From Heterodontus francisci (Eukaryota), in the NCBI RefSeq assembly GCF_036365525.1, contig NC_090399.1, positions 26,608,529 to 26,672,528 of the forward strand: a stretch of DNA of 64,000 nt. Reading direction: 5' to 3'. Below are positions 24,649 through 37,345 of the stretch, in pieces (positions within the stretch are counted from its first letter, which is position 1; each line of letters begins with the position of its first letter). The notes beneath the pieces were generated by a model, which worked only from the letters and a program-made list of their open reading frames with translations, did no database searches and had not been told where the DNA came from. The translations under genes were made by a program, and so were the position numbers.

Positions 24649-24680
24649 AACTACACAACAAAACTACAGCTCTAAAATGA
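24649..24680 (+). CDS. Stop-carrying exon (class E), ELHNKTTALK*; candidate alternative last coding exon
   Basis: tctgtctttcaattacag|AACTACACAACAAAACTACAGCTCTAAAATGA; 127-nt intron after the D exon; the paralog at 44986 has its stop at the same offset. Confidence 0.55.
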
Positions 24681-24939
24681 CTGTGATATGAACATGACAA
24701 AATATCCTCTGCCTGCTTTCTTAACACAGGTTTAAACCCATTTAGTAGACCAAGGAGGGGAATTGCAATGCTAAATATTTCTGGGCTCGTATTGCAATTA
24801 GTAAATTCTTTCCTGATGTATTTTTGTTCTCAGTCCCTGTCGGTGACTACCTGGGGGTGAAATACAATTTCAGTGGACTTGAACGCCGTCCAAATGGACG
24901 GATGGCCTCAGCAGACACCGTCTGATATTACAACGGAGT

Positions 24940-25922
24940 GGCACCTGGCAACGCCGTGCATGCGCAGAACGATCGTGGACGTCATCAGTCCATGCGAACA
25001 TTTGCCAGCGTGCATCCGCATGCTGATTTTACCATGCAATGACGTCCTCAACTCTCAATATCTGCGATTGCCACCTCCATTCCTCCGAACAGTGCCGCGC
25101 TCCCTCCTGTCATCCCCGCTTCAATCGTCACTTTCATTTTCTCGCTCCCGACTATTCAGCACTCCATGCCGCCGCGCCACTTCCCCACCACCACCAGCCC
25201 CCCAACCCCCACCCGACCCATCCATCCCTGCCCCACCTCCAGCGTCTGCTCACTTCCCGTCTCGCCGGTTCCCCACCACCCCCTGACCCCACCGCAGCTG
25301 CTCACTCCCGACCGTGCGATGCCTTCGCACAGTTATACACTCCCGCCCTCGCTGCTTTCCCCGCACCTGGGTCGAATGCTCCCTGCCGCACCACCCGAAG
25401 AAGCAGCGGGGATTGGGTGACGGGAAGCCTGTGGCCCAAGTGTGACAGGCCGAAACGGCTGCGAGTGTCCGACAGCAGGGAAGCGGCGATGCCTGGAGCA
25501 AGCGACCGGGTTTGGGGGGGGGGGGGTGGCTGTGTGTGGGAGGTGACGAAGTGAGGTGCGAGTCACGAAAGTAGCAGGTCGGGGAGTCAGCAGCCGAGGC
25601 GAGGAAGCGGCGACGGCGGGAGCGAATGGCTGAGTGAAGGCAGTGACCAGGCGGTGAGTGAACAGCAAGCAGATGAGCGCGGGAGGTAGAGGCGTGGAGA
25701 AGCACATGACAGGAGAGAGTGGAGTACTGTTGGGGCCGGGATGGAGGTGGCCATCTCAACCATTGATTGGGTTTGAGTTTAGATTTTTTGGGACAAATTG
25801 AGCAGCACCATCTTTATTATTGGCAGCTGCCTGACGCATCACCGAGAGTGAGTTTCAGTGCTTGAGGCTACATTTGGGCATGTGCCAGTACTGCGCCATC
25901 AAGTGATTGCGTTGTCAGCCAA
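24940..25922. mobile_element. GC-rich foldback (imperfect palindrome) non-autonomous element
   Basis: Left arm gccacctccattcctccgaacagtgccgcgctccctcctgtcat (~25070) versus reverse complement of right arm gccacctccatcccggccccaacagtactccactctctcctgtcat (~25705-25751). C-rich left half, G-rich right half. Confidence 0.7.
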
Positions 25923-26039
25923 TGCAGCCTTCTGGGAATGTAAAGGTAAAGAAGAATTAGCATGGGAAGGCTCGTCAATTGGACACCACTCATTTTGCAC
26001 ACCGGTCAAAACTGACTTTTACCCATGCCACTTTCTCTC

Positions 26040-28600
26040 ATAGAATCATAGAAGGTTTAAGGCTTAGAAAGAGGTTACTTGACATGTCTGTGCAGACCGA
26101 AAAACAATCCACCTATTCTAATCCCACTTTACAGCATTTGGTCCATAGCCCTGCAGTTTATGGCACTTGTGGTGCATATCCAGACTCCTTTTGAATGAGT
26201 TGAGGGTTTCTGCCTCAACTACCCTTTCAGGCAGTGAGTTCCAGACCGCCATCACCCTCTGGGGGAAAAATGTTTTCCTCATCTCCACTCACATTTTCAT
26301 ACCAATCACTTTAATCTATGCACCCACGTCACTGCCCTCTCTGCTAAGGTGACTGGACTCTTCACCTCCACTCAATCCAGGTCCCTCATAATTGTTCGCA
26401 TTTCAATCAGGTCCCTCCCCCCCTACTCCCCCCCCACCCCACCCCCCGCACCCCGCTCAGCCTTCTCTGTTCCAAGGAGAACAACCCCAGCCGATCCAAT
26501 CTTTTCGCATACCAGCACTTTTGCAGTCCTGGCAACAGCCTCATAAATCTCCTCTGTACCCTCTCTAATGCAATTACATCCTTTCTGTAACGAGGTGACA
26601 AGAACTTCACACTGTACTCAAGTGGTGGCCTAACCAATGTGTTATACAGGTCCAGCATAACCACTCTGCTCGTATATACTATATCTCGGCTAATAAAGGA
26701 CAGGATTACATATGCCTTCTTAACCACCTTATCGACCTCTCCTGCTACCTTCAAGGTTTTGTGCACATTCAATCCGGGTCCCTCACTTCCTCTACACTTC
26801 TCAGTATTTTCCCATTAATGTGTATTCCTTTTCCTTGTTTGAACTCCCCAAAATGCATCACTTCACACTTCTCCAAGTTTAATTCCATTTGCCACTTCTC
26901 TGACCAGACCATCACTACCCTCCTGCAGACTCCAGCTACCCTCCTCGCTATCTACCACACGGCCAATCTTTATGTCATCTGCAAACTTCTTGATCATGCC
27001 CTCTACATTTACTTTCAGACCATTAATGTATGCTGCAAAAATCAGGGACCCAGTACTGAGCCCTGGAGAACGCCACTGCAAACAGTCCTCCAGTCGCTAA
27101 AACAGCTGTCAACCCTTTGTTTCCAGCCACTGAGCCAATTTTGTATCCACTTTGCTGTTTTTCCCTAGATCCGGTGGGATTTTATTTTTTTAGCCAGTCT
27201 GCCATTGGAACCTTGTCAAAAGCCTTGCTAAAAATCTATGTAGACCACATCAACTGCACTACCCTCATTTATCTTCCTTGTTACTTCTTCAAAAAATTCG
27301 ATCAAGTTGGTCAAACAAGATCTTCCCTTAGCAAATCCATGCTGACTATCCTTGATTAACCTGTACCTTTGGTTGGGACAGTTTATCCTGTCTCTCAGAA
27401 TAGATTCCAATAACTTGCCCACTACTGAGCTTAGACTGGTCTTTAATTATTTGTATATCCTTTGCCCCCTTTTTAAACAGAGTTACAATGTTGGCACTCC
27501 TCCGGCATCAACCTATATACAGTGAAGAATGTAAAATGATGGTCAGACCCTCTGCTACTTCCTTTCTTGTTTCCTTTAACAGCCTAGGATACATTTCATC
27601 TGGCTTTGGTGTTTTATCAACTTTCAAGAATGCTAATCCCATTAATGCTTCCTCTCTCCCTATGTTTATCGCATCCAATACTTCACATATTTTCTCCTTA
27701 ATTAAAATATCTGCATCGTCCCCCTACTTGTGAAAACAGACACAAAGTATTCATTAAGAATCATACCAATATCTTCCACTCCTATGCATAGGTTACCTTT
27801 TTGTCTTTTATGGACCCTACTCTCTCCTTCGTTATTCTCTTACTCTTTATGTATTGATAAAACATCTTTGGGTTCACCTTGATTTTGCTTGTAAATGTTC
27901 TTTCATGGCCTCTCTTTGCTTTCCTAATTTCCTTTTTGATTTCACCCCTCCACGTTCTATACTCCTCTCGGCTTTCTGCAGTCTTGTGTTATTGGTGTCA
28001 GACATAAGCTTTCCTTTTCTGCCCTATCTTACCCTGTAGGCACCTTGACATCCATGGGTCTTCAGATTTGGCTGTCTCACCGTTTTTCTTTGTGGGAACA
28101 TGTTTACTCTGAACCCCTTGAATCTCCCCTTTGAATGCCTACTACTGTTCTGACACTGATCTTCAAGTAGCTGTTTCCAGTCCATCTTTGCCAGATCACT
28201 CCTCAGTTTAGTAAAACTGGCCTTGCCCCAATTGAGAACTGTAACTCCTGTTCTATCTTTGTACTTTTTCATAATTATGTTAAAAGTGACTGAATTATGA
28301 TCACTACCACCAAAGTGCACCCCCCCCCCCACCCCGCCCCACTGCCACTTCTTTCATCTGCCCATCTTCATTTCCTAAAACTACGTCTAAAGCTGCACCC
28401 TCTCTTGTTGGAGTTGCTGCATACTGGGTGAAAATGTTCTCGTGAATGCACCTCAAGAATTCTGTTCCTTCAATTCTTTTCACGCTAAAACTATCCCAGT
28501 TAATACTGGGGTCGTTATAATCCCCCATAGTACTGCCCTATTGTTCTTGCACTCTGAGATTTTCCTACAGGTCTGCTCATCTGCCTCCTTCTGACTACTG
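26040..28600 (-). mobile_element. CR1 LINE ORF2 (endonuclease end to 3' UTR), disrupted
   Basis: MGDYNDPSINW...LDVVLGNE, SQHGFAKGRSCLTNLIEFFEEVT, KFADDIKIG, LVRPPLEYSV; tail catagaatcatagaa at 26040. Confidence 0.92.
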
Positions 28601-29329
28601 CGGGGCGAGTGAATAGATGTTACATTATTGTTCTCTCACGGTTAATTGCAATTGAAGGTACTTTCCATCGTGTTTTAGATTGATAGATATAAGTTCTAAT
28701 TGCAAAGGCAGTAGTGACAGCGAAACTGTGAACGTTTGCGTTCATTACTCCTCTGATATTGACAGCAAATTCTGTAGTATGTGCACGCGCAGTGAAATCC
28801 AGAAATCCAGAAGTTGCTGTCAGTGAAACTTGCATTTGCAAAGGGTATGCGCTTGATGTCCTTGTCCAATGCAATGAAAATAAAAATCATGGAACTGCCA
28901 AGAGCTTGTCATTTTACACTATTTGTATCGCTGTAAAAAAAAACTTGATAAATCTATACCTTGTTAAATGATGTGTAATTAGATCTTTAACGGCGCACTA
29001 AATTTCTAATTACCGTTGCAAACCCTTCTGAGCCTGATAAACTAATCTCATATTTGTGGAATGTCAAATTTCTCCGTTATGAGTTAAAACAAAATCTTAA
29101 TTTATGTTTAACGTAACATGTTGTTTATGACAGTTCATCATCTGCATTAATCCCATGAGTATGTGACAACAATTTTTTTCCACCAATGTGAGGTTACCGA
29201 GGACTGTTGGGGAGTTTTAAAAGCATTGGCTGCAGGAAGAAAAGTAAAAAAAAAAAGCAGCGCTAAGTAGAAATGAGACAAGCAGATGGCAGGAAAATTA
29301 AAAACATTCCCTAATTTCAGGCACCAGAT

Positions 29330-31378
29330 TGAGGAAAATAGCAGAAATGATGAAGGAGGGAGTAAATTTTATCTACATCAATATCTATAGTGTAAATGAT
29401 ATAATTGGTGAGTTGTAGGCACTAATTACTATGCGGGATTATTATGTGTTGCAATAAAAGAGCCATGGTTCAAACAAGGCCTGAAATGCATTAATTTTCC
29501 TGATTGCAAAGTATTCAGGAGGAGAACGGGTGGCAGTATTATTTATGGATGATGTTACAGTTCTAAGTAGGCAAGAGTTACTAGACAGAATCTATTTTGC
29601 ATAAGTTACATTGTTTATATACATATAGAGAGAGAGAGCTCCAAACAATGTTTAGGATATAAATGAACAACATTGCCAGCAAATTTCAAAGGCGTGTTAC
29701 AAAAGTACAGCAATAATAGAAGAAGAAGCCAGCATGCTGGAATATCCTAGGGAATCTGATACTGAATCAAGGACATAAGCTCACCAAAATAAACAAGGCA
29801 AAATATCAGTAACGAAGAAAATAAAGTCATGGAAGAGTGACAAATGCCCAAGATAAGATAGTTGTCATCTCAAGGTTTTAAAGGAAGTATATAAGAACAC
29901 GACAGATGCCCTAATCTAATGTTCCAAAGTTGTCTTGATTTGTAAAGCATTTCTTCAAATTGGAAAAATTGTGTATGCCACTCCATTACTTAAGAAAGCT
30001 GAGGATGGGAAACCAGGGAATTATGTACCAGTGAGCCGCACATCTCATGTTTGACAGTTACTCGAGTTTATAATTAGAATAACTGAACACCTTGAAATTT
30101 TTCACTTCATCAGAAAGGTCTCGCCTGGGTTTGTAAAGGGTAGCTTTTGCCCGACTAAACTGACTGAATATTTTGCAGAGGTGACTTAAAAAGTGGGCGG
30201 GGTAATATCTATGGATGTTATTTATATTGACAGCCAGAAGGTTTGCTAATATTTCTCATAACAGACTGTTAGCTAAAGTTGTAGTCCATGCAATTGAAGG
30301 AGAATGTTAATCAGGTTAGGAAATTGGCTGAGCTGCAGGATCGAGAGAGAGATTAAGAATAAGGGGCACGTACTCTAATTGGCAGGATGCCACTAGTGCT
30401 GCCCTGCAAGTATCAATATTGGTCATCGACTGCTGTTCGTATTCATTAAAGACTTAACTGGTGGTTTACAAAGCTACGCTTCAAAATACGCTGAAGTCGC
30501 AAAGATAAGCAGCATGGTCAGCAGTGTCAATGAAAGAATAAATTACAAGCAGATGTTGATTGAGTTAGTGACAGGGCAACACTGTGGCAAATGGATTTCA
30601 ATATAGGCTAATGTCAGGTGATCCAGTTTGAACACAAAAAGGAAAGACTGGGGAATTTATAAATGGCAGAAAGCTAGAGACAAGAGTGGTAGAAAGAGCT
30701 TTCGAGGTCCAGGTACATAGATCATGAAAACGTCATGAACCGTACAGGAAATCATCGTAAAGGCTAGTGGAACGCTGGCCTTTCTATCCAAAGGAATAGA
30801 GTAGAAGCTGGTAGAATCTAGCTTCAGCTATACAAAAATCCTGTTTCGACCGCACCTGCAAAAGTGTCAGAAGTTCAATTGTCGGCATTGCATTTTAAGC
30901 AGGTTAAATCGGCTTTGGAGGAAGTGCAGCGTAGATTTGACAGAATGATGTCTGGAGTCCAAGTGTTAACTTACCGTTACACAAACCACCATTTTATTCC
31001 CGGGAATTTAAAAGGTAAAACGGCGATTCGATCGATGTTTTCAAAATATTGTGAACATAAAGAGTAGATAAAACATTTTCTGGTCTTTGAGGAGTCTAGG
31101 ACGGCAGGGCATAGTCTTAAAGTTAGAGGAGTGAAATTAGGAAACCCTGCTCTGCATAATAGTGGCAGAAGTTTGGAATTCTCTTCTGCAAATTGATACT
31201 TATGCTCCATCATTTGTTAACTTTCTATGTGAGATTGATAGATTTTTTGTTATGCAAAGGTTGAAGCGATATGGAGAAAGGGGGGGTGGGGTATGTAGTC
31301 GCACATTATGTACGAGCACATTGAATGGTGGAACTGGCTCCACTGGCTAAATGGTCGACTCCTATTCCTATGTTCCTA
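29330..31378 (+). mobile_element. Old, heavily decayed CR1 LINE
   Basis: Residual RT-region similarity (ccagggaattatgtaccagtgagcc, gggtttgtaaagggtag, ALEEVQRRFDRMMSG) and 3' tail actcctattcctatgttccta. Confidence 0.75.
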
Positions 31379-32979
31379 AAATGTAATGCTATGTGTAGCG
31401 AAGGAATTTTGTCTCGACCAATATGACTCCAGTCTAACAAAGACGGGACCAGTGTTGGAAAGGCCTCTGGGAAGTGAAATAGGGCAAGTGGAATGTGCTA
31501 CAGTAGGAGACCAGTTGACGGACAAGACTAAACAGTATTCAACTCAAATTATGGAAAGCGACCAAAAAACATTGAAGCTAAAAATCCTCATCTGGAGAAG
31601 TAATTATGGAAAGAGGCTAGAAAATACCGAAAATAAAAAGTCTACTGCACAAGAACTAATTTCCATGATTTAAGAAGGAAACGGCAATTCCAGGGAAAAG
31701 CAGAAAGGAGAAATAGAAGGTAGTTCAGGTACAAAATAGGAATTTTCCTTTGACATGAAACAGTCGACTATCCAAAGCTAATGCACCCTAGATAACAAAA
31801 GGAATACAAGTTGAAATACAACAGAAAACGGAACAAATGACAGGAGGATTCAATTAATAACCAGGATGTGGAAAGTGCAGGAAAGATTTGATAAACGTTA
31901 AGACGGGAAAAAGAATAGCATACACAATTAAATTGAACCCTAAACCGTTTTAGAGGCATACAAAGTATAAGCAGTTAACTAGGGACAAAACACAGGGCCG
32001 TTTAAGAACCGAGACGGATTTCTTTACGTAGACGCAGAACACACAGCAAAAGCTTTATATTGTTATGATTCCCGAGGACCATCAACAAACGAAAATAATC
32101 GAATCCCACCAGCTGATCGAAATTTAGGAATCCAAATACCAAACTGAAAAGATTTCGCTTTTATAAATTTTACGTCAACACTCAAACCAAAATTAATATA
32201 CATTATACATGAACTAACAGTTAAGTCACGATCGATGTTTATATCTGCACGCTAATTAGCAGATGCATCATGGAACATTATTACAGTTTGCTGGTCAGTC
32301 TCATATCGCAAAGAAACCATAATCTTTCTCAGGTAGCTTTCAAGACGCGACATCCAGGATGTGCATATGGAAATACTGATATCCAGTCCTTAGCGAGCAA
32401 TACAATCTCTTTAACAGTTCGGTTTTTACTATTACCATCGTGATGCTGTGGCGCCCCGATAACTTTCAGTCAGAGAAGCTACTCTTAGTTTTCAGAGATC
32501 ATCTACCAAGAAACAGGTTCCAATTCAAAGAGTCTGTCCTTTTAAAACCTTTTAAAAGCTCCCAGCTTTTTTCCAGTTCAGTAGTTCTGGAAGACTACCC
32601 TAGAACCAACCAAGATCAAACTCTGAAAAAAATGTTATTTTTTATCAGTCAGAAGACTGTTTGTTTACCTAACCTGGATGTAACTTGGAAATCTCCAGTT
32701 TCCAATGAGGGACAATCGTTCAATCACAAACGCAAATAGCTGAATTGTATTAGCGCGCCGCACATTGCGGCAGCACCGCTGAGCCCCCACAATATTTCGC
32801 ACTGGGGGTCAGTTAAACGGAGGGGGCGAAGCGGCCGCCCCCGATGACGTCCCCGGCAATGGCGTCGGGCACCACCGCGCAGGCGCCGGAGCCATTCTTC
32901 AAGGGCTTCGGACTCATTAAAATGTTCAAAGGGAAAGAATGCTGAAAAATAACGATTGACATTTCCTCTCATGTTCAAT

Positions 32980-33282
32980 TCCCTCCCTAGGGGACACAGA
33001 TTAAAGGTTTTGGGCAAGAGATGCATGGAGACTTTGTTGAAGAACTTTTATACGTAGTGAGGGGAATGACCTGGAACATGCTGCTCATGAGGGCAATGGA
33101 AGCAGAGACAATCAATGATTTCAAAAGAAAGCTGGATGATTACTTGAAGCAAATGAATTTGCAGGGATCTAGGAATTGCGCAGCGGACTGGGGCTGACTG
33201 CATTGCTCCACAGAGAGCTGTCATGGATTCTATGGACCGAATGGGCTCCTTCAATGCTATAGATTATTCTATGACTATATGA
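32980..33282 (+). mobile_element. CR1 LINE 3' end
   Basis: ctaggggacacagattaaaggttttgggcaagag...gaccgaatgggctccttc...attctatgactatatga. Confidence 0.75.
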
Positions 33283-33831
33283 CAAGTTGTGCAGAACTCA
33301 GTTTACAGATGAAGACACCATAATAATATTAGTACTGCGAATCTCGCCTCAAAAAGGAAGATGGTTTATGCTAAAAGAGGAGAGAGAGCTTATGGACAGG
33401 ATAGATATTGATGGAGATGTATTAAAAATATTGGTACTTAAGTTTGTTAAGTCACCTGAACCGAATAAAATGCCGCCTGAATTCCAGAAACAAGCAGCAA
33501 AAGAAAAAGTAACAGAGGCATTGGTCGCAAGCTTTCAATACTTCACTTTGGAGTAGAAGAAGTAAATGACTTGCTGCAGATTTCCCAGCTAACGGGCTGT
33601 TCCTGTAGCCACAGTTTAAAGTGGTTGTCCAGTTAAATTGCACGTCCAAGGATATAAATGGTGGGGGATTCAACGATTAAAATGGCAGTGAATGTGAAGG
33701 GTAGATGACGATATTCTCCTGTTGGAGTTGGTCATTGTCTGGCAGTTGTGGGGCTTGAATGTTAATTGCCACTTATCATGCCAAGCCTGAATGCGAGACA
33801 GACTTTGCTGCGTGCATGCAAGGACTACTTA

Positions 33832-35815
33832 ATAGAGTCACAGAGTAATAGAGTCATACAGCAGAGCAGCAGGCCCTTATGTCCATCGTGCCTGTGCCGG
33901 CCATCAAGCACCTAACTATTCTAATCCCATTGTCCAGCATTTGACCCATAGCCTTGTATGCTATGGCGTTTCAAGTGCTCATCTAAATACTTCTTAAATG
34001 TTGTGAGGGTTCCTGCCTCTACCGCCTCTTCAGGCAGTGCTTTCCAGATTCCAACCACCCTCTGGGTGAAAATGTTTTTCCTCAAATACCCTCCAAACCT
34101 CCTGCCCCTTACCTTAAATCAATGCCCCCTCGTTATTGATGCTCCCGCTAAGAGAAAAGTTTCTTCCTATCTAACCTATAAATGCCCCTCATAATTTTGT
34201 ATACCTCATTCATGTCCCCCCTCAGTCTTCTCTGCTCTAAGGAAAGCAACCCTCGCCTTTTCAGTCTCTCTTCATAGCTGAAACGCTCCAGCCCAGGCAA
34301 TATCCTGGTGAATCTCCTCTCCACCCTCTCCAGTGCAATCACATCCTTCCTATATTGTGGAGCCCAGAACAGTACACAGTACTCCAGCTGTGGCCTAACT
34401 AGTGTTTTATACAGCTCCATCATAACCTCCCTGCTCTTATATTCTATGCCTCGGCTAATAAAGGCAAGTATCCCATATGCCTTCCTAACCACCTTATCTA
34501 CCTGTGCTGCTGCCTTCAGTGATCTATGGTCAAGGACACCAAGATCCCTCTGACCTTCTGTAATTCCTAGGGTCCATCCATTGTATATTCCCTTGCCTTG
34601 TTAGTCCTCCCAAAATGCATCACCTCACACTTTTCAGGATTAAATTCCATTTGCCACTGTTCCACCCATTCTACCAGCCCATCTATATCGTCCTGTAAAC
34701 TAAAGCTTTCCTCCTCCCTACTTACAACAGCACCAATTTTGATGTCATCTGCGAACTTACTGATCATACCTCCTATATTCACGTCTAAATCATTAATATA
34801 CACTACAAACAGCAATGGTCCCAGCACCGATCCCTGTGGTACACCACTGGTGGCAGGCTTCCACTCGCAAAAACAACCCTCGACCATCACCTTCTGCCTC
34901 CTGCCACTAAGCCAATTTTGGATCCACTTTGCCAAATTACCCTGGATCCCATGGGCTCTTACCTTCTTAACCAATCTCCCATGTGGGACCTTATCAAAAG
35001 CCTTGCTGAAGTCCATGTAGACTACAGCAACTGCTTTAGCCTCAGCTACACATCTAGTCACCTCCTCGAAAAATTCAATCACGTCAGTTAGACACGATCT
35101 TCCCCTGACAAAGCCATGCTGACTATCCCTGATTACTCCTTGCCTCTGCAATTGGAGATCAATTCTCTCCCTCAGATCTTTCCAATATTTTCACAACCAC
35201 TGATATTAGACTCACTGGCCTGTAATTACATGGTTTATCCCTGCAACCCTTCTTGAATAATGGCACCACATTCGCAGTGCTCCAGTCCTCTGGTACCTGT
35301 TCTGTGGCCAGAGACGATTTGAAAGTTTGTGTCAGAGCCCCTGCTATCTCCTCTCTTGCCTCATATAACAGCCTGGGATACATCTCATCTGGGCCAGTGG
35401 ATTTATCCACTTTTAAGCCCGCTCAAACAAATAACACTTCCTTCCTTTCAATGCTAATATATTCAAGTATTTCACAGTCCCTCTCCCTGGTCTCTTCACC
35501 TACACAGTCCTTCTCCATTGTGAGCACAAATGCAAAGTAATCATTTAAAACCTCAACTACGTCCTCCGTCTCCACATGCAGATTGCCACTTTGTTCCCTA
35601 ATGGGCTTCACTCTTTCCCTGGTTATCCTTTTTCCCTTAATATACTCATAAAAAACCTTAGGATTTTCCTTTATCTTGTCCGCCAGTGTTTGTTCATGTC
35701 CCCTCTTCGCTCTCTTTTGTTTAGTAACATCCCCCCCACGCCCCCTACACATTCTGTACTCCTTTAGTGCCTCCGTTGTTTTCAGCGTTGCGAATCTGCC
35801 ATAAGTTTCCTTCAT
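33832..35815 (-). mobile_element. Relatively young CR1 LINE (linker-RT-3' UTR) nested in the second CR1-like family
   Basis: ORF 34567-35151 has intact SQHGFVRGRSCLT, YMDFSKAFDKVPHGRL, GVPQGSVLGPLLF, KFADDIKIG; ORF 34148-34492 is the C-terminus. Confidence 0.95.
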
Positions 35816-36420
35816 TTCCTCAGAAGTTACGAATCGGAATGAATAACGTACAGTCAGCAGCAAACATCTTCATTTCTGATTTTAGTATGCAGTATTGATT
35901 GAGCAGATGAAAATGGCCGAGCCTCGGACAGCACCCTGAGGAACTCCTATAGCAATGCCCCCAGGGCTGAGATGATCGGTTTTCAACAACCACACCCAAC
36001 TTAATTTGTGCTACGTATGATCCTAGCCAGTGGAGAATTTCCCCCGTGATTCCTATCATCTTCAATTTCCTTATGTTACAATCGGTCAAATGCTGCCTTG
36101 CAGTCACTCTCACTAGGACAGTCACTCTCACAACACATCTGGCATTCAGTTATTTTGTGTATGTTTGCAGCAAGAATGTAATGACGCTTGGAGCAAAATG
36201 GTATTGGTCTCAGTAGCAACAGTGAGCAGATTACTTCTGAATGAGTGCCAGTTGATAGTACGGTCGATTTTGTCGCTTTGCTGATGTTTGAGAGTAGACG
36301 GATGGGCTGGTCATTGGTGGGATTTGATTCGTTCTTGTGCACAGGATAAACCTTCGCAACTTTTCATATTGTGGAGTAAATCCCAGTGTCCTAGCTGCAC
36401 TGGACCAGCTTGGCTAAGGG
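35816..36420 (-). mobile_element. Second CR1-like family RT fragment (continues at ~33620-33830)
   Basis: KSEMKMFAADCT; KNESNPTNDQPIRLLSNISK. Confidence 0.8.
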
Positions 36421-36434
36421 GCACCTAGTTCTTG

Positions 36435-36652
36435 AATAAAAATAAGAAATGCTGGAATCACTCAGCAGGTCTGGCAGCATCTGTGAAAAGAGAAGCAGAG
36501 TTAACGTTTCGGGTCAGTGACCCTTCTTCAGAATCACTGACCCGAAACGTTAACTCTGCTTCTCTTTTCACAGATGCTGCCAGACCTGCTGAGTGATTCC
36601 AGCATTTCTTGTTTTTATTTCAGATTTCCAGCATCCGCAGTATTTTGCTTTT
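36435..36652. mobile_element. Young palindromic Penelope-like insertion with 13-bp target-site duplication
   Basis: 86-bp inverted arms 36435-36520 and 36534-36619 (one mismatch seen), 13-nt spacer; direct repeat acctagttcttga at 36423-36435 and 36653-36665. Confidence 0.85.
36495..36533 (-). ncRNA. Minimal type-I hammerhead ribozyme-like motif (Penelope-associated)
   Basis: Minus strand reads ttCTGAAGA-a-GGGTC-act-GACCC-GAAA-cgtta-actc: CUGANGA and GAAA cores, 5-bp stem II, palindromic AACGTT minimal stem III. The 5' strand of stem I is truncated by the inversion. Confidence 0.6.
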
Positions 36653-37318
36653 ACCTAGTTCTTGAGTTCGATTCTTTAGCAGTACAGCTGAATTGCGCCT
36701 GGTTTACACTAATGGTTATTTCAATTAATATTCAAATGAGTTGAACCATGCTTATGTACCCCTCCAACTAACATTTTCTATTGGTATAAGATCAGTGCAA
36801 CTTACCACAGTAAAATCTATAAGTCATGACAACTGTGCTGGAAAGGATTTGTTTCAGTCACTATGTGAAAAATATGAGTTATTTACTGCAAAGTGTTTGA
36901 GGCAGTTTCTGCAGTTACTGCACCTTGTGCCATGATACCGTTAGGAAAGCTAAACGAGTAAAGTTTTGAATGTTGAACGCTTAAGTGAAAATTTCAAACA
37001 TGTACTCAGAAATATAGCTCATTGAAAAAGAAACATTTATGGGGCTATTGGGAACTAGAAAGGGTATAAGACTAATTAGAGATCTCTGTCAAGGAGGAAG
37101 CACAGGAACTATGGGCCAACTGACTTCCTTCTGTGCTCTAATACTCTATCATTCACAGCGTTCTTTCTGAAACAAGTGCAAAAAAAGCATATTTTGGAAA
37201 AATCTGCACGAGCTCGTATGCAGTAGAATGATGAAGTTAACAAATACAAAAACATACACTTTAAAGACACTGCAGTATTCGCTTAGCTATATATATATTT
37301 TTACTTTCTATCTTGCAG

Positions 37319-37345
37319 AACAACAACTGCAAGAAAGGGAAACAG
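37319..37345 (+). CDS. 27-nt micro-exon (class F), EQQLQERET
   Basis: ttactttctatcttgcag|AACAACAACTGCAAGAAAGGGAAACAG|gtaacc; paralog with similar flank at 48850. Confidence 0.8.

Noticed and set aside
24873-25759. Several overlapping 120-170 aa ORFs
   Set aside because: Pro/Arg/Ala-rich products of the GC-rich foldback repeat, open on both strands.
28620-28890. Minus-strand KRSQF...TTAFAI resembling the Helitron/PIF1 helicase motif KR.QFP...AFA.TI.KSQG
   Set aside because: Needs a frameshift, lacks KSQG and any other helicase motif; likely chance.
34567-35151. RT ORFs considered as retron/DGR or an intact active element
   Set aside because: Typical CR1 non-LTR RT fragments with frameshifts and 5' truncation; no full-length ORF2 in the window.
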